Shown here piece after piece: positions 39,881 through 54,600 of a DNA stretch of 64,000 nucleotides. The translations under genes and the position numbers were made by a program. Under the pieces are notes generated by a model that was not told the DNA's origin, did not search any database, and was given only the letters and a program-made list of their open reading frames with translations. How positions within the stretch are numbered: position 1 is the first letter of the stretch; every line of letters starts with the position of its first letter. The stretch is from Octopus vulgaris (taxonomy: Eukaryota): assembly GCA_951406725.2 (NCBI GenBank), contig OX597817.1, positions 2,604,001 to 2,668,000 of the forward strand. Reading direction: 5' to 3'.

Positions 39881-42800
39881 TAATATAAGCTATTTTAGCT
39901 CGCATTCATTCTTCAAGACGACATTCGACCTACAAAGCCTTTGCTTTACTATGTCTAGTGATTTCGTGATCATCGCGATTACACGCTTAATTGCAATAGA
40001 ATTACTTTTAAATATTTCATGATTGTAAATCCAACATCTAATTGTACTATTTTAGCTGTAACTAAGATCTCTCTCTCTCTCTCTCTCGCGCGTGTCTGTG
40101 TGTGAGTGTGCTGTGTCTATATTTACACTTGGAATGGTTGAGTCGAAATCTACAAATTATCTTACACAAAACGTCGTGTTGTTTTCAGGGACTTTTGATA
40201 GAAGTTACTTGTTTAAACACACATTCTCTGATGATGGATTAGTAAGTTCCAGATATATGTGTCCTTTATATAACTATATATATATGTGTTCTTTATTTCA
40301 CTCGTATGGTGATCAGTCTTCCTTTACCTTCTTCAGACGAGCTCCGAAGCAGTTTGAAACTTTTCAATGTTTTAACCCCTAAATTGATAAGGTTAATCAC
40401 TCGTTGATGGGTATGTCCAATAGAGCAAACTTAGAGCAATTGACTTCATTTATTTTCACTAGTACGTTGACAACTAAATAGGAAAATGATTTTGTAGAAC
40501 CCTTATTCAAAACAGAATATGAAAACTTCCATGTAATGTAAACGGTCAACATTGATAATAAAGACGTAAATATTATGACTGTTTCGATTTTACTGGCAAC
40601 AGTTCAATTCAGTTTACAAGCTCATTAGTCCAATTATTACACTGCGAACGCCTTCGAGAAATGAATTTGTGCTTCCTTATTTAGTTATTCTCTTCTCTCT
40701 AACATTAGGGGTTCCTATCAACTGAGTGGTCAACACTATTAGTTAATGATCTTCCCCTAAACATTCAGTTCATATATTTCCATGCAAGATATAAATGGAA
40801 TATTAAAGTGAGGATCAATAAATGAAGAGTGTATGTAATCAAGATAATTTTTTCACCGATATAATTACATCCTTTTTCTCAGTTGTGTTGAAGCAATCCT
40901 ATTCTTCATATATCTCGATACGTAACATTGTTTGTCAGTAAGTATGCACAACTGAGAAAATACAGAAAGACATGTCGATAGGCTACTGGATAAACAGTCT
41001 AAATGTCGTAACCTGTAACCGCATTGTATTGTGCCTGTGACTGAAACACTTAAGTCTTAAAAGCTCAGTCTACCTGGCTGCAAATAGGTGTCGTTATGGT
41101 GAAACAACTTCATGAATTTACAGCAGAACTATAAATTTGACTTTTCTATGAACTGAATTTGACATAGTTCATTCAAACTTTTCTAATCCGATTAAGATAC
41201 ACTACATGATTACCTCTGCACTTGTGATCTTATGACACCGTGGATTATGGAACACATCAAAATATGAAATAAATAAAAACTTTAATCGTACAGTTCTTTT
41301 TAGATCATAGAGATAAATGCAATCCTAGTAGTATATTCTTAGAAACCCACTATTTGAATAAGCTCATCTTAGAATAAGGTAATACAGTGTAGCATAGTGG
41401 TATAAAAACTGAAAATTAAGGTGAGGATTTTTGAACGCATTGATCCGTCATATCGATACAAGCCAGTAACTTAAAATAGGAAAGGAAAGTAAAATACTGT
41501 TACACACGTACCTTTCTCAGGGGCACTTGCAGTGCATTAAATAGAGCAGATTGCTCTTAATTTAACTGGGATAAAATTGTAGATGTAGCTCATATGTAGT
41601 TTACACCTTTATAGACTGTTCCCACTTTAATTATTCGAATTTGTTTTCTGTTTTATTTTTCTTTAATATTCTGTTCTGATTGATGAGGGTTTAATTCAGA
41701 TGCTTGTCACTTGGGTATTTTCTAAAATCATTTCCTACCAAATAAATATTTATTACTATTTTAGTCGTTTGCACTAATTCGGATAACTGAAATTAGTTTC
41801 TTGACCTGAAATATCCCTGAACAAGTGAAATATCCTGTTAATTTTATGGGAAAGAAGTGAGCAAGTTATATCAATCTCTTAACGATGAAAATATAAGTCG
41901 GCCTCAGAACAGAAATCGCGGCATCTAAATACTGCGAGATATTTTGTTCACAGCTTAATGATTCTACTAATCGACTTCCTTACAGATTGGTACTTCAAAC
42001 AGCATGTTTCCTAGCTACTAAGAATATTTGTAGTGAAGTTATCACTGTTGTATACAAAACAAGCAGAGTACTAGTTATAGGACGTTAGCTCATAACATTT
42101 CAAAGTAGAGGCTTGTACTTTAACTGCTCTGTCTGTCTAATTATGCAACAGATATCTATTTAGTGCGACGCTATCGTACGAAATGTTACGTAATCTTGAA
42201 GAAAAAGATAAAGATATGTGTGTTGTGACATGAGCAATTATAACGACAGCAGCCATCTGTTAATTTCAGATACGCAAACAAAGTTATTTTTGTTAAACTA
42301 ACACTCGGTCTCTTTCTAATTCCAACTTTCATTCATCCAATATTCATTCACCTTTCTAAAATTAAAACTGCTGTCGACTATATCGCCCATAAAACCATAG
42401 CTTAGAATCACTGGTAGAAATCATTACACACATTGATACTTTTCTCGCAAATCTATTGTTGCTGAACTCCTGTCATATTTACCGATGTGGGTTCGTATCC
42501 CACGAGCAGCCTTATACTTATTCTACCCAGAGGGTTTTAACTCAATATTTACACGTTCTTACTTATAGCTTTATTTGCTTCGAGATCTACCATTTCAAAG
42601 AAAGATTTATTGGTAGGTTACTTGCCGTTTTGTTATCTCCCAGGCAAACACTGACCGAGCAGCCACGGGGTTACTTCACAATCGTTCAAAAGCGTGACAA
42701 AAAATCTGCCCGATCCGGACTTCATTGTCCATGTGTCCTCTCAGGCTGCCATCGAATGTACTGTTAAGGGAAACTCCATGACTAGACTGTCACTCTCAGA

Positions 42801-43453
42801 TAGAACTAATCGAGAATCGCTCTGCTTGCAGGGTTTCAAACAGTTAGTGATATTTCGACTAAATCTTTTTTAAAACTTAGTTTGAGGAATGAAAGTAATC
42901 TCCACAGCATTTCAATGCCAATTCTGTTATGTTCGTATAATTTATATAGAGAATGGAATTTTGCCAAAGTAGTTTTCTTTCTTTTTTTTTAAAGGATTTC
43001 GTTGAGCGGTATCAATGATGTTTTGAGAAAGAAGCAACAGGGCAAATTACAAAAATGTAAGGTCACGAGAAGGTTAACAAGGGAAAGAGAGTTGAAATAA
43101 GTAGGAAAAATATGGTGGTAGTATACGCTCAGCTAGTTAAGAGGTTTGTTTTTAATATAGGTACAAGTTACTGAGAGACATATGGTTAATGAGTAACTCT
43201 GAGAATGTACTATCTTACTATTGGAGCAGTGACGAATACACAGACTACTATAGTACTAGATGCTTATATAATACACTAGATAAACTATGGTGACAGACGT
43301 GTTCGAACTCCGAAATGTGTGTCTGAATAGAGGGATAGCAACCAAATAGATGTGAGCATTAATCCATTGTGAAGTAAACATTTGTTTCTGTAAAATTCAT
43401 GTAGGAGTGAGTTTCTAAAATACTTTTTTGCTTTGAAAATAAAAGCAAATCTA

Positions 43454-43507
<54 letters not shown>

Positions 43508-43904
43508 AAGTAACGTTAAGGATATGTTTCTTTGAAAAGAATATTTTTATTTTTGCTTCAATGGAACTTAGTTGATCGTATTTGTGCTGAAGGGTTGTCT
43601 TCAAACAACATCTGTTGGGAAATGACTGGTTTGAATGCGAACGAATTTTCAAGACATTGAAATATGAAAGACTTTACTGTGGTGTCAACTGCCAGAAAAA
43701 CCCAGTCATAACTGACAGTGTGTAAATCATTAATGTAAAGGAGAAAAAAGGAGAAAGATAAATCAGTTTTGAGAGGAGAGATGCAGGGAACACTATCAAC
43801 ATATGCTAACGAATTTAGCTCAGAATCCTACAGCAAAATGTATAAGGAACAACAAGTTGACAGAAAATAAGCAATAAGAGAAGCTTAAATGTATCGACCA
43901 AAGC

Positions 43905-44300
43905 GATACCCTAAAGTCCAACCCCTCCTCAAAGCGGTAGGATGGTGTAAACCGGGCAGTGTCAGAGCTATGCCGTCGGGAACCTCGGTTCCTGGTAGGG
44001 CCACCCAAGGCGGATTGGTCTGGCACCGAGCGGTATTAGGGCCGTAGCCTGGCCAACGGGGCTCTGGTGAAAATTCCAAGAGGTGTCTGATCGGCAACCG
44101 GCAGCTTCGAGGTCGGTCTGTCCCTGTGTCTGTGGAGACGCCGCGGCAAACAGGGCATCCCGTCACTCGGAATATGCATGCGGGATGTCGGGGACCGATT
44201 GTGAATTCTATATTCCCACGAAACTTCTAGGAATCCTACTGTCTGGACCAGAGAAGAAGCCGGCTCAACCCGCCCTGGGTGAACGCCGTCACAAGTAAGT
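43905..44300 (+). mobile_element. GC-rich 5' leader fragment of an RTE/Expander-like LINE
   Basis: Contains GAGCTATGCCGTCGGG..CCTGGTAGGGCCACCCAAGGC, which I recognise from Expander/RTE 5' UTRs. No downstream ORF. Confidence 0.55.
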
Positions 44301-44640
44301 ACCAAAGCAATCGCAAATTGAGTAAATTTACTGCAGTATCAAAAATTTAGAAAGAAAATAAACATATATGTGAGAAATTAAGTATATAATACTAGATTAT
44401 AAATGAGGCACTGAGCTACAATAATTAAAGGAATAAAAAATGTTACAAATTTATTGCAAAATATTACATTGGAATCAGAATTGAATATCGTATTGAATGC
44501 AGTATATACATCCTATTGTAATTGATTATTTTATTGAATACAGTATTGAGTATTGTATTATATTGGAATTGATTATGTATTAAACAAAATATTGAACAAG
44601 TGTACATATTTACATACATACATACACACATACACACACA

Positions 44641-44694
<54 letters not shown>

Positions 44695-44699
44695 GTTAA

Positions 44700-44945
44700 G
44701 CCCCATACATTCTTTCTCCGTTTGTTTTTCTCTCTCCCTATTCTCCCCACTCACCTCAATCCTTTCTGCCGAAGGGCGTAGGCTTCAAACGTCAAAGATT
44801 TTTCCATTCTTCCCGACTGTCAAACATACAACTATTTGTTATTTCCTTACTTGTTTTCACCTTTTTTCTGTACGCCATAAAATATCGTTTTATGTTTATT
44901 CTAACTCGTAAAGGTTTATATTTTTTATTAATTGACATTTTTATC
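44700..44945 (+). mobile_element. PLE pseudo-LTR-like remnant with a degenerate hammerhead
   Basis: CTTT-CTGCCGA-AGGGCGTAGGCTT-CAAA-CG-TC-AAAG at 44762-44797, with the core mutated. Confidence 0.45.
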
Positions 44946-44979
44946 CTTCAGGCTCCTATATGTGACTGTTTAATCATTC

Positions 44980-45998
44980 CATGTACAAAAGATGCCTTGG
45001 AACTGTCTGAATTTCAAAGAGGCCGTATTGTGGGTCATTCTGAAGGTGAACATAGCGTAAAATCGCAGAAAACCTTGGAGTCCCGCTTTCTACAGAAAGA
45101 GGAAGGAGTCCACATCACCTCGCCTAGATCAACCAGGGCCTTGTGACAGGACCCTTCCCTTTGCTAAGAGAAGTGTGGAGGATAATCCTCATTACAAGGC
45201 CTCTGACATAGAACAAGTTGAAGTCAGTCTGAGAACAGCGGGCAGATATCTTCGCAAACTTGGTTACTATGGCAGAGCTGCAAGAAGGAAGCCACTTCTT
45301 CGACCAGCCAACATCAAGCGGAGAAAAGATTGGGCCAGTGAGATGGTGGAGAGGCCACTATCATTTTAGGACACTGTCATATTCTCTGATGAATCCAGAT
45401 TTGCTGTATTTCCTGACAGTGGTCAAGTGTGGGTCTGAAGACTGTGTGATCAAGAATTTAATGTGGAAGACTGCAACCAACAATGAAACACGGTACCTAT
45501 TCTGTAATACTCTGGGGAACAATTTGGAGCAGTAGTTGATCAGAGCTGGTGGAGTGTGAGGGAAACATACACTCAGATAAATAGGTGTCCATATTGCAGA
45601 AAGAATTCCTTCTAATCTTCTCCAGTAGTAAAATTATTAAAGAAAACTCTTTATTTATGAAGATGGAGGTCTTCGTCTCACGGCTAAAATGACCCAAGAT
45701 TTGTTGGACGAGAATAGCATCAAAACGTTTCTAAAGCCAGGTCAGTCATCAGATATGAATCCTACTGAACACCTCTGGGACATAATGGACAGGACACTTC
45801 ATAAAAAGAACAAGAAAGCATTTTTTATTCCTTTAATTATTGTTGCTCAGTGCCTCATTCATAATTTAATATTAAATATTTAATTATAGCGGCACGAATT
45901 CTCACATATATGCAGATCATTACGTGAAACTTGGCAAGGAATTCCGCAATATAGGGTCGTTGCATTGAAAATGCAAAGGTCAGGTCTACTAACTATTA
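44980..45998 (+). pseudogene. Decayed Tc1 (DD34E-type) transposase
   Basis: Reads ELSEFQRGRIVG, GYYGRAARRKPLLRPANIKRRKDWA, VIFSDESRF and PGQSSDMNPTEHLWDIM, with multiple stops and frameshifts. Confidence 0.88.
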
Positions 45999-46203
45999 AA
46001 TATTCACATTATAACAATTAATGAATAATTTGAATGTATAATTTCAGATTTAAATAAATTTTAATGATGATAAGGGCTTTTATTTGCTTCTGTTATGTCT
46101 TTGTATGTGTGTGAATGTGTATCATATATATATATATATATATATATACATACACACATACACATACATGCGTACATATATATATATTTATATAAAAATA
46201 TGC

Positions 46204-46240
<37 letters not shown>

Positions 46241-46294
46241 CATGCACACATACATACATACATACATACATACATACATACATACATACATACA

Positions 46295-46328
<34 letters not shown>

Positions 46329-46599
46329 CATGCACACACACACACAAATATATACTGCTTTATGGAGAATGAATGAGATCTCAATATTTTGTTCAGGATA
46401 TGGCTTTTCATTGAAAATGAAATTGAGAATTAGTCTCCCGACTCGAGTTTCTCACTGCGTGAAACTCGAGAAGCGAAGCAAATTCTCTTTTCAGTTTTTA
46501 ATAAAAACAAACCAGCATGTATGTGTATATACATACGTACATATATATCATAGGTACATACATATATATATTTATAAATATATATAATACATACAAACA

Positions 46600-47162
46600 T
46601 AGCCATATTCCTACCGCTCTATGTCACGCTGGTGAGACCCATATTGGAGTACGGGATTCAAACCTCTTCCCCTTATCTCCTCAAATACATACAGCATCTC
46701 GAAAGAGTCTAGAAGCTGTCTACCCGCATGGTTCTTGGTCTCAAGCATTTGTCTTATGAAGAAAGGCTGAAGATGCTCGACCTTTATTCTCTAGAAAAAC
46801 GACGACGCCGTGGTGATCTCATTCTTGCTCACAACATCATAAGCGGAACGTGTAACCTCTGGAAAGAGCTGTTCTTCACTCCTGTTCCAGAGCATCGGCT
46901 GAGGGGTCACTCCGAAAAGCTCTATCTGCGAGGATTTCATCTCAATCGAAGGAGAGGGGCTTTCTCCGTCCGGGTTGCGGATCCGTGGAATAAGCTGCCG
47001 GATGAGATAGTGAAGATGCCGACGACCGCTCGGTTCAAAGTCTCTCTTGTCCAGAAATGGCCTGAACTCTTTGCATGAACACCCTCCCTGTACATAACTC
47101 CATGTCCCCCTACATGGCCTTGCTATTTGCTTTTTGAGCCCAAAAATTAACTTAACTTAACT
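46600..47162 (+). mobile_element. 5'-truncated CR1-clade LINE 3' end
   Basis: Reads LYVTLVRPILEYG..LSYEERLKMLDLYSLEKRRRRGDLI..LRGHSEKL..FSVRVADPWNKLP. The 3' UTR ends in (TAACT)n. Confidence 0.92.
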
Positions 47163-47260
47163 ATATATACAAAAACACGCACATATATATATTTATATAT
47201 ATATTTATACACACATACACACACACATATACACACACACACACTCACACAGACAGACAG

Positions 47261-47294
<34 letters not shown>

Positions 47295-47299
47295 CTATA

Positions 47300-47394
<95 letters not shown>

Positions 47395-47609
47395 TGAGCG
47401 ACAGAAGTATAACTTCAAAACATCAATCTGAATATCATGCTTAAAGCAGATATACTGTGCTGCAAAGCGGATAAACTGAAGTATCTACGAAAGGATCGCT
47501 AACATATGTCTTGTGTTAGTGTATCGGCAGCAGAGGAAAATTGTCAGCAGCAATATGGCATTGGTAAATGCATATTTGTGCCTTTGGGTTTCGTCATCAG
47601 AAGGTTCAT

Positions 47610-47730
47610 TTGGTGGAGAAAAATAGTACCCGAATACCGAGTGTGGAGTAATGGGCTTTATTAATAAAGCTGCAAAGACATCGCAAAAACTGTTACTAAG
47701 TGTTTCACTTTCCTGTTCGTCGGACACTAA
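47610..47730 (-). mobile_element. Diverged copy of the hammerhead/AATAAA module of 62350-62501
   Basis: Minus strand reads GTGT-CCGACGA-ACAGGAAAGT-GAAA-CACTTAG-TA-ACAG..AATAAAGCCCATTACTCC..GGTATTCGGGTAC..CCACC. Confidence 0.65.
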
Positions 47731-47740
47731 CAGTTTTATT

Positions 47741-47794
<54 letters not shown>

Positions 47795-47827
47795 GTATAT
47801 AAATATATATATATGTATATGTATATA

Positions 47828-47874
<47 letters not shown>

Positions 47875-47929
47875 GCACACACATACACACAAACACGCAC
47901 ACACATACACACACACATATGTATATATT

Positions 47930-47976
<47 letters not shown>

Positions 47977-49129
47977 ACAAATTTAACTTCGGTAGAAACA
48001 GAAATCACAACATACAGATATGAAAGTAAATAGTAGAAAATATTTTCTTTGACTGTCTGCCGAGCCTGCCCACCCACGGGCCTTTAACTTTCTAAAATAT
48101 TGCAAAATAAACTAAAATAACTGGAATAAAAATATGAATTTCGCAAATCAAAGTTGTAGGTGGAATGTGTGGGAGTGAGCATTATCCGTTTCTAAAATAC
48201 ACACCTACATACAATATATAAACACATACAACTATAAATACATACGTAAATATTAACATACATGAATGCATAAATACATACAGCCACGTACGCGCAAAAC
48301 TACACATCCACAAAGATGCACGCACATATATAAAACATATGTGGCTACCTGCTGTCAACATGAGGATAATGGCGGCAAGAAGGGCAGATTAATTATCTGC
48401 TTGTGAAGCACAGTTCAACTTGTGTTTAGCTTACAGGACACCATATCTACTTTTACGCTCGTATGTTCTTGTGAGTGGAAACCTATATTACGTGTATGTA
48501 GGTTGTTATGTATGTATGTTTATGTATTCATTGTGTATCTACGTACGTATGTGTATGTGTGCGTATATTCATAGATAGATTACGTACATATACACGTATT
48601 TATTTTATGAATGTGTATATGTAAATATATAAAAGTATACATATGTGTGTGTGTTTGAGAGAGAGAGAGAGAGAGAGAGTGTGTGTGTTTTTGTGTGTGC
48701 ATATCTGCGCGTATACATGTATGTATGTATGTATGTATGTATGTATGTATGTATGTATGTATGCATGCATATGAACTCAGATATATATCAAATGCAAATA
48801 TAAATACACACATAATTAAGCCTGCATACAAATGTAGCTAATACACACACAAACACACACTCACGCAATGTACATACATATGCTCTTTCACACACACACA
48901 CACACACACACATATCGACAAAACTATCAGTGTAACCACAAGTCCTGCCATCAAATCATTTTTAACCAAGTAGATTCATTCTTTTTCATCCATGCGAAAC
49001 CTGGGAAAAGAGATTCAGAAAAGTATCTTGGTTATCACACTGCATCAACCTCACTTGCTGCCGTTAAGCCGTATGTTTCTTTCGAAGTTCTTGAAAATGT
49101 TCTAATTCATCAACCAACCTTCGTTTCGA

Positions 49130-51570
49130 CATTCTTACTAAATGTACGAGGCACCAACCCATCATTCAATGCTCCAAAATTGAAGGTTCGATACACAGAG
49201 TTTCAATTGCTGAAATGACACACTGCATTCCTTTCTTCATTTTGACAGAAACTCACCTAAATAATTCCCATAGAGTTGCTGAGCTCAACATAAAAATTCC
49301 ACTATATTTTGTGTAGCTCACACTCACCGAAATAAAAGAAGGGCTATTTTCTCTATGATACCTCTGCTGTGGATATCAAGGACATATTTTCCAATGGCTA
49401 CTGTGAATCTTCGTCCCAAGTCAACAAAGTTAATAACATAACCATTATTAACCTCTGAAGGCTTCTACAGTACATCGAAGAGTGCCCCAACAAAGTGAAT
49501 CTCTCCTCGAAAAATACGACTCTGAGAACATTAATAATAGGTAATTTTAACCTTCCTTAAGAGACTATGTCATGAAACAAAGTTACTACACTTCAATACC
49601 AGACAAAACAGAAAAAAAAAAAGGTTTTTAGTTTAAAGGATGAACCTTTCCTATCCCAACTTGAATTTGAGCCAACAAGACAAGATAAATATATCTCAGA
49701 CCTTAAATCAACAAAACACCCAAGCTTTATCCATAGTAATGCATTTGAAAAATCTGTTCCCTCTTATCACGAAAAGTTACTGTACAACCTTAGTTTCCGG
49801 CATACCAAAGCCAGGCCAATCCCTCTCACACAAGTCTATCTGTTCAGCAGCATCAATCTTCATTAAGCAGACTCGAGCGGGAGCAGTTAGGCAAGATCTG
49901 TCGCTTATCGGATGGTTCTTCACCAACAATTCCTCTAATATGGAAGCCAATATGGAAGACGTTTAAAAACATTGTCATCGATACCTGATCAAAACATGCT
50001 CTTAGCACGCGCAAGGAAATCCCAAGAGAGAAAATCACACACACACCAGGAGAACCAAAAGACTTAATAAAACAATCAACCAATGTTAAAAATACTTGAG
50101 TTGGAAAATATCGTCTGCAGAGCAGCATGAAAACTTCCATCGACAACCAAAGAGCTGCAGAAGAACAGTGGGATATTAAAAAAGCAAACATAACACTAAG
50201 TGTTCTATTCATTTTGCAACAAACACGGGACTGCTGATAAGTGGTAGCATCATTCTCCATCATGGAGCTAAAGAAATAGCAAAATTCCTACAGAAATAAT
50301 ATTGCTCTGCCTTTAGTGATACCACTGATATTGACGTAAGAGATTTCAACGAAGCAGTCCCCAACATATTCTTTGACATATCTTTCACTGCCTCAAACAC
50401 TATCGCAGCAATAAATGAAACAAAACATTGATCTGTAGCAGACCCTGATAGATTTCCCGCTAGTGTCCTGAAAGAATGCAGACACCAACTGGCATCCCCT
50501 CTAGCCAACGTTTGAAGATAATCTTTAGACTCAGGGTTTATACCGAAATATTATTTATCTCAGTCTGTGATTCCAGTCTTCAAAACGGGAAACCTTTCTT
50601 CTGCAGTTAACTATCGCCCAGTCTCGTTCCTTCCCATATAAACAAAATATTTAAAGGGGTGCTAAGACCAAAGCTAACTGGGTTCCTGGAGAATAATTAT
50701 TTCTTTAATCTCATCCAGCTTAGCTTCCGTTACGACAGAAATTTCTAACATAGCTTTCAAATCATTTGATGATATCCTCAAAGTTTTGGGAACTGGTTCG
50801 CACTCTGATGTTATATATCATAACTTCAGCTGTGTGTTCGGAAGAGTTGACTACAATATCCTACTGTAAAAGTTTTCATTAATGGAATCCAATGGAAACA
50901 GCTGCACTGCATTAAGTAATTTCTGGTGAACAGAACCCAAGTTGTGATCGACGGAATTCATGCAAAACCTGATTCTTTGTAGTCTATATAAATGACATCT
51001 CAAGTGTCATCAAAATAGAAACTTTGCATGGCAAAATAAAAATTTTCACAGATGACTCCAGGTTCCTAAAACTTACCAATAGAGAAGAAGAGCAAACTAA
51101 ATTCAGTCTGATCAGTATTCGCTATGCCAATGGGTGGAGAAACGTTAAATGAGCGAAAATTTGAACTCATTCACGTTGGAAAAGAGAATGCACTTAATCA
51201 ACCATATTCTCTTCTTTTTTATCAGGAAAACCACTCTCGGCGTTGAATAATATCAGAGACTTAAGAGTAATCGTTGCTAAGAATCTCAGCTGGAGCGTTC
51301 ACATCAGCAATAAATAAAGTCGATAAGACTCGCAAGATGAGATCCTCGATCCTCAGAAGTTTCCGGTCCAGAGAGCAAGATACTATCATTCCCTTTTTCT
51401 CCCTTTATATTTAGCCAAACGTAGAATGCTGCTGCCCCTTATAGTCTCCCTGCACAAAACAAAACATTACGAGAAGTGAGTCACCCCAAAGTGATATCAC
51501 TAAAAAGATAAATGGCGTGATTGATCTTGGTCATTGTGAAACATTGGAACTTAATTCTCTCCAATCATCT
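49130..51570 (+). pseudogene. Decayed CR1-type LINE ORF2 (APE plus RT)
   Basis: LLNVRG, LTETHLN, LIIGNFNLP, FFTNN, PDRFPASVLKEC..LASPL, VIPVFK.G..VNYRPVS, DVIYHNFS and KIFTDDS occur in order. Confidence 0.85.
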
Positions 51571-51608
51571 TGATCACTACATAATCTACATAATCTGCAC
51601 AATGTGAA

Positions 51609-51718
<110 letters not shown>

Positions 51719-52543
51719 ATGGTTGTATGAATATCAGGCGATTTAAATTTAAGCTCTATCTGCATAACAAGACATAAACTGATGCCATTGTCTTACACTG
51801 CCGTACATAAAAACATACCTACAGCCACTTATACACATATGTAACAGGATTCAGGATTCTTTGTGTATTCGCATTTGTATGTGTGGGTATATATTTTTCT
51901 AAAGACGATTTTGTCATCATCATTTTTCAAGATATAAAAAATAAAATTTGCATATATACTAACTCCAGTTATTTCTGTTGAAAAAAAATTCCATCTCTTC
52001 AAGTTAAATATTTCTTAGATTTTAATCCACGATTCATCAAAGAAGAATGAAAAAAAACAGAAGTAATAATAAATAATCTTCTTTTCCATACTTGTCCATC
52101 GATTGGTTGTTGATGATTTCTTTGTTAAGATAAAAACCAAATTTTGGTCCAGATATATTTATACTTCTTCGAAGGGGATATATGTGTGTTTCTGAATCTT
52201 CCTTACTCTCTCCATTTCCCAGACTCTTTCCCCATCCCCGCCTCTCTGTCTCTCTCTTTCTCTTTCTCTCTCTCTCATCCTTTCTGTGTGTGTTAGTATG
52301 TTAATGTGTTATTAGGTGGAATAAGATTTTTCGTTTTGTTTCTTGGCAACAGCTGCTGCAGACTGGTAAAAGAAATAATGCTTGTACTTTCGATAGGCTG
52401 AATATAATATAGAATGATATTCTTGGCACTGATGGGAAATGTTTTAATATGCTCACATCAGGGATCCTGCTATTAAAAGGCGTTCGGATGATAACAAAAC
52501 CGTTCGAATTTATTATCATTGACAGGAAAATGAAAATAAAAGA

Positions 52544-52596
52544 AATTATTATTATTATTATTATTATTATCATTATTATTATTATTATTATTATTA

Positions 52597-52676
<80 letters not shown>

Positions 52677-52688
52677 GTTATTATTAAT
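52544..52688. repeat. (ATT)n microsatellite
   Basis: Directly visible. Confidence 0.95.
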
Positions 52689-53154
52689 GATTTTATTGTT
52701 TATATGGTGGGCAACTCTACTAACGTTGTTCTCATTTTATAGTTATATCATTAGCAGCAGGCAAGTATCAAGGAATGGAATGAAAATTAGGGTATACACA
52801 CGCTCGCGCGCGTGCTTAGACTTCCATTGGCGTGCCCGGACGCAAACATACATATAGTGAAAGAAAAAGAGAGACACGGAGAACGAAAGGGATGGAGAGT
52901 GAGAAAGAGGGAAAGAGTCATAAAAACATACACATATATATATATATATGTAAGTATAACTACACACACACACACACACATATATATACATGTGTATATA
53001 TATATATATACGTATATATGTATATACATATATTGATATATATGTATGTATATATATATTGATATATATATATATGTGTGTGTATATACGTATATATATA
53101 TATATATATATATTTAAATATATATATATATATTTAAATATATATTTATATATT

Positions 53155-53358
<204 letters not shown>

Positions 53359-53860
53359 GTACCAGACAACTTGCTAGATCTGCCAACAGCAGTGATCTTT
53401 ATTATTTCCACACTATGTTTGCATACGTTCCAGTAGGTGGCCATCACTAAAAGCGCAGAATATATCTTTATAATAATATTTGCATTACATTAATTATTTC
53501 GGTTGCTTTTTTATTCGCAAACGCCAAAAGAAGTTTTCATATTGAAAATGCAATCTTTTGCACTCAAGCATTCTGCCGCTCAGCTTGCAAGCTTCATTGT
53601 TTTTACTATAAAGATGTCTTGCCATGATCTGTCTTTGAAATTTCATTTTATTTACTTAATAAACAGCGCCCGTCTTCGAAACGTTTATACATAACCACAC
53701 ACATACCTAAACGGACTCCCATATAGATACGCACATTTACATGTATGTGTGCTTGTGTGCATGTACATACACGTATATACGTATTATGTATGTATGTATC
53801 TATGTATCTATGTATTTGTCTGTCTAACTGTCTGTCTGTCTGTCTGATTGTCCGTCTATC

Positions 53861-53900
<40 letters not shown>

Positions 53901-53908
53901 CATACATG

Positions 53909-53955
<47 letters not shown>

Positions 53956-53968
53956 TTATATATATATA

Positions 53969-54520
53969 CAAGCAAAACGCCCCACATCCAATGGACAGTG
54001 CTGAATCATATCTGCTGAATAAAAAGCAATCAGTGTTTTCATTTCATAAAAAAATAATTAAGCATGCCTTTATTTCAATAAAATTTTGGGTTTTGATAAA
54101 CGAAGTTGAGGCAAAAAAAGCTTCTTGAGAAACCAAATAGTCTTTCCTTTTTTCATGCCAAGTTTGAAGAAAATATCTCTTTTGCATCTTACTTTTTTGT
54201 TCTCTTAAATATACTGCATTTTGTGGTATTATTTCAAGCCAGCCGGCTTCTTTGGCGCAAACTGCACGTGCATTTTTCTCGCGTACGCGTAGTATCGATC
54301 GCAACAGCTGATGTACTCGCGCGTACAAATGCACGTTCCCACGGCTTTATCGATCGCATTCTTACCTGGAATCGATTTTTATAATTTTTTGAAGACTCAT
54401 ACACGCCCTGATACCGTCGGTATCTACATATCAAATATGAGCGCAATCGGATGGAGGATGCCCGAGATCCTAGAAGACACATTCACACATAGACAGACAG
54501 AACGGATTTTATATAATAGA
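53969..54520 (-). mobile_element. Non-autonomous Helitron-like element, second family
   Basis: Minus strand begins TCTATTATATAAAATCCGTTCTGTCTGTC and ends TGTCCATTGGATGTGGGCGTTTTG-CTTG, with A|T insertion. Confidence 0.65.
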
Positions 54521-54600
54521 TATAAAATAGACCTCTGTGTGTATATTCGCTTGTCACTCGGAAGCGGCTGCGCGAATTGGATCTATACTTGTAATGCATG

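Noticed and set aside
40226-40365. CTGATGA-TGGA..TCCA-GATA and CAGACGAG..GAAAC motifs
   Set aside because: Cores are broken and no stem I is evident, so they are too degenerate to call.
42487-42512. T-arm-like hairpin GTGGG-TTCGTAT-CCCAC
   Set aside because: No D arm or anticodon arm lies upstream; at most a decayed SINE head.
40400-43400. Long non-repetitive stretch that might hold exons
   Set aside because: AT-rich with no supported coding signal by eye. Short exons cannot be excluded without RNA-seq.
47581-47604. CCTT-CTGATGA-C-GAAA-CCCA-AAGG on the minus strand
   Set aside because: It has no stem II and no UH cleavage site, so it cannot form a functional hammerhead.
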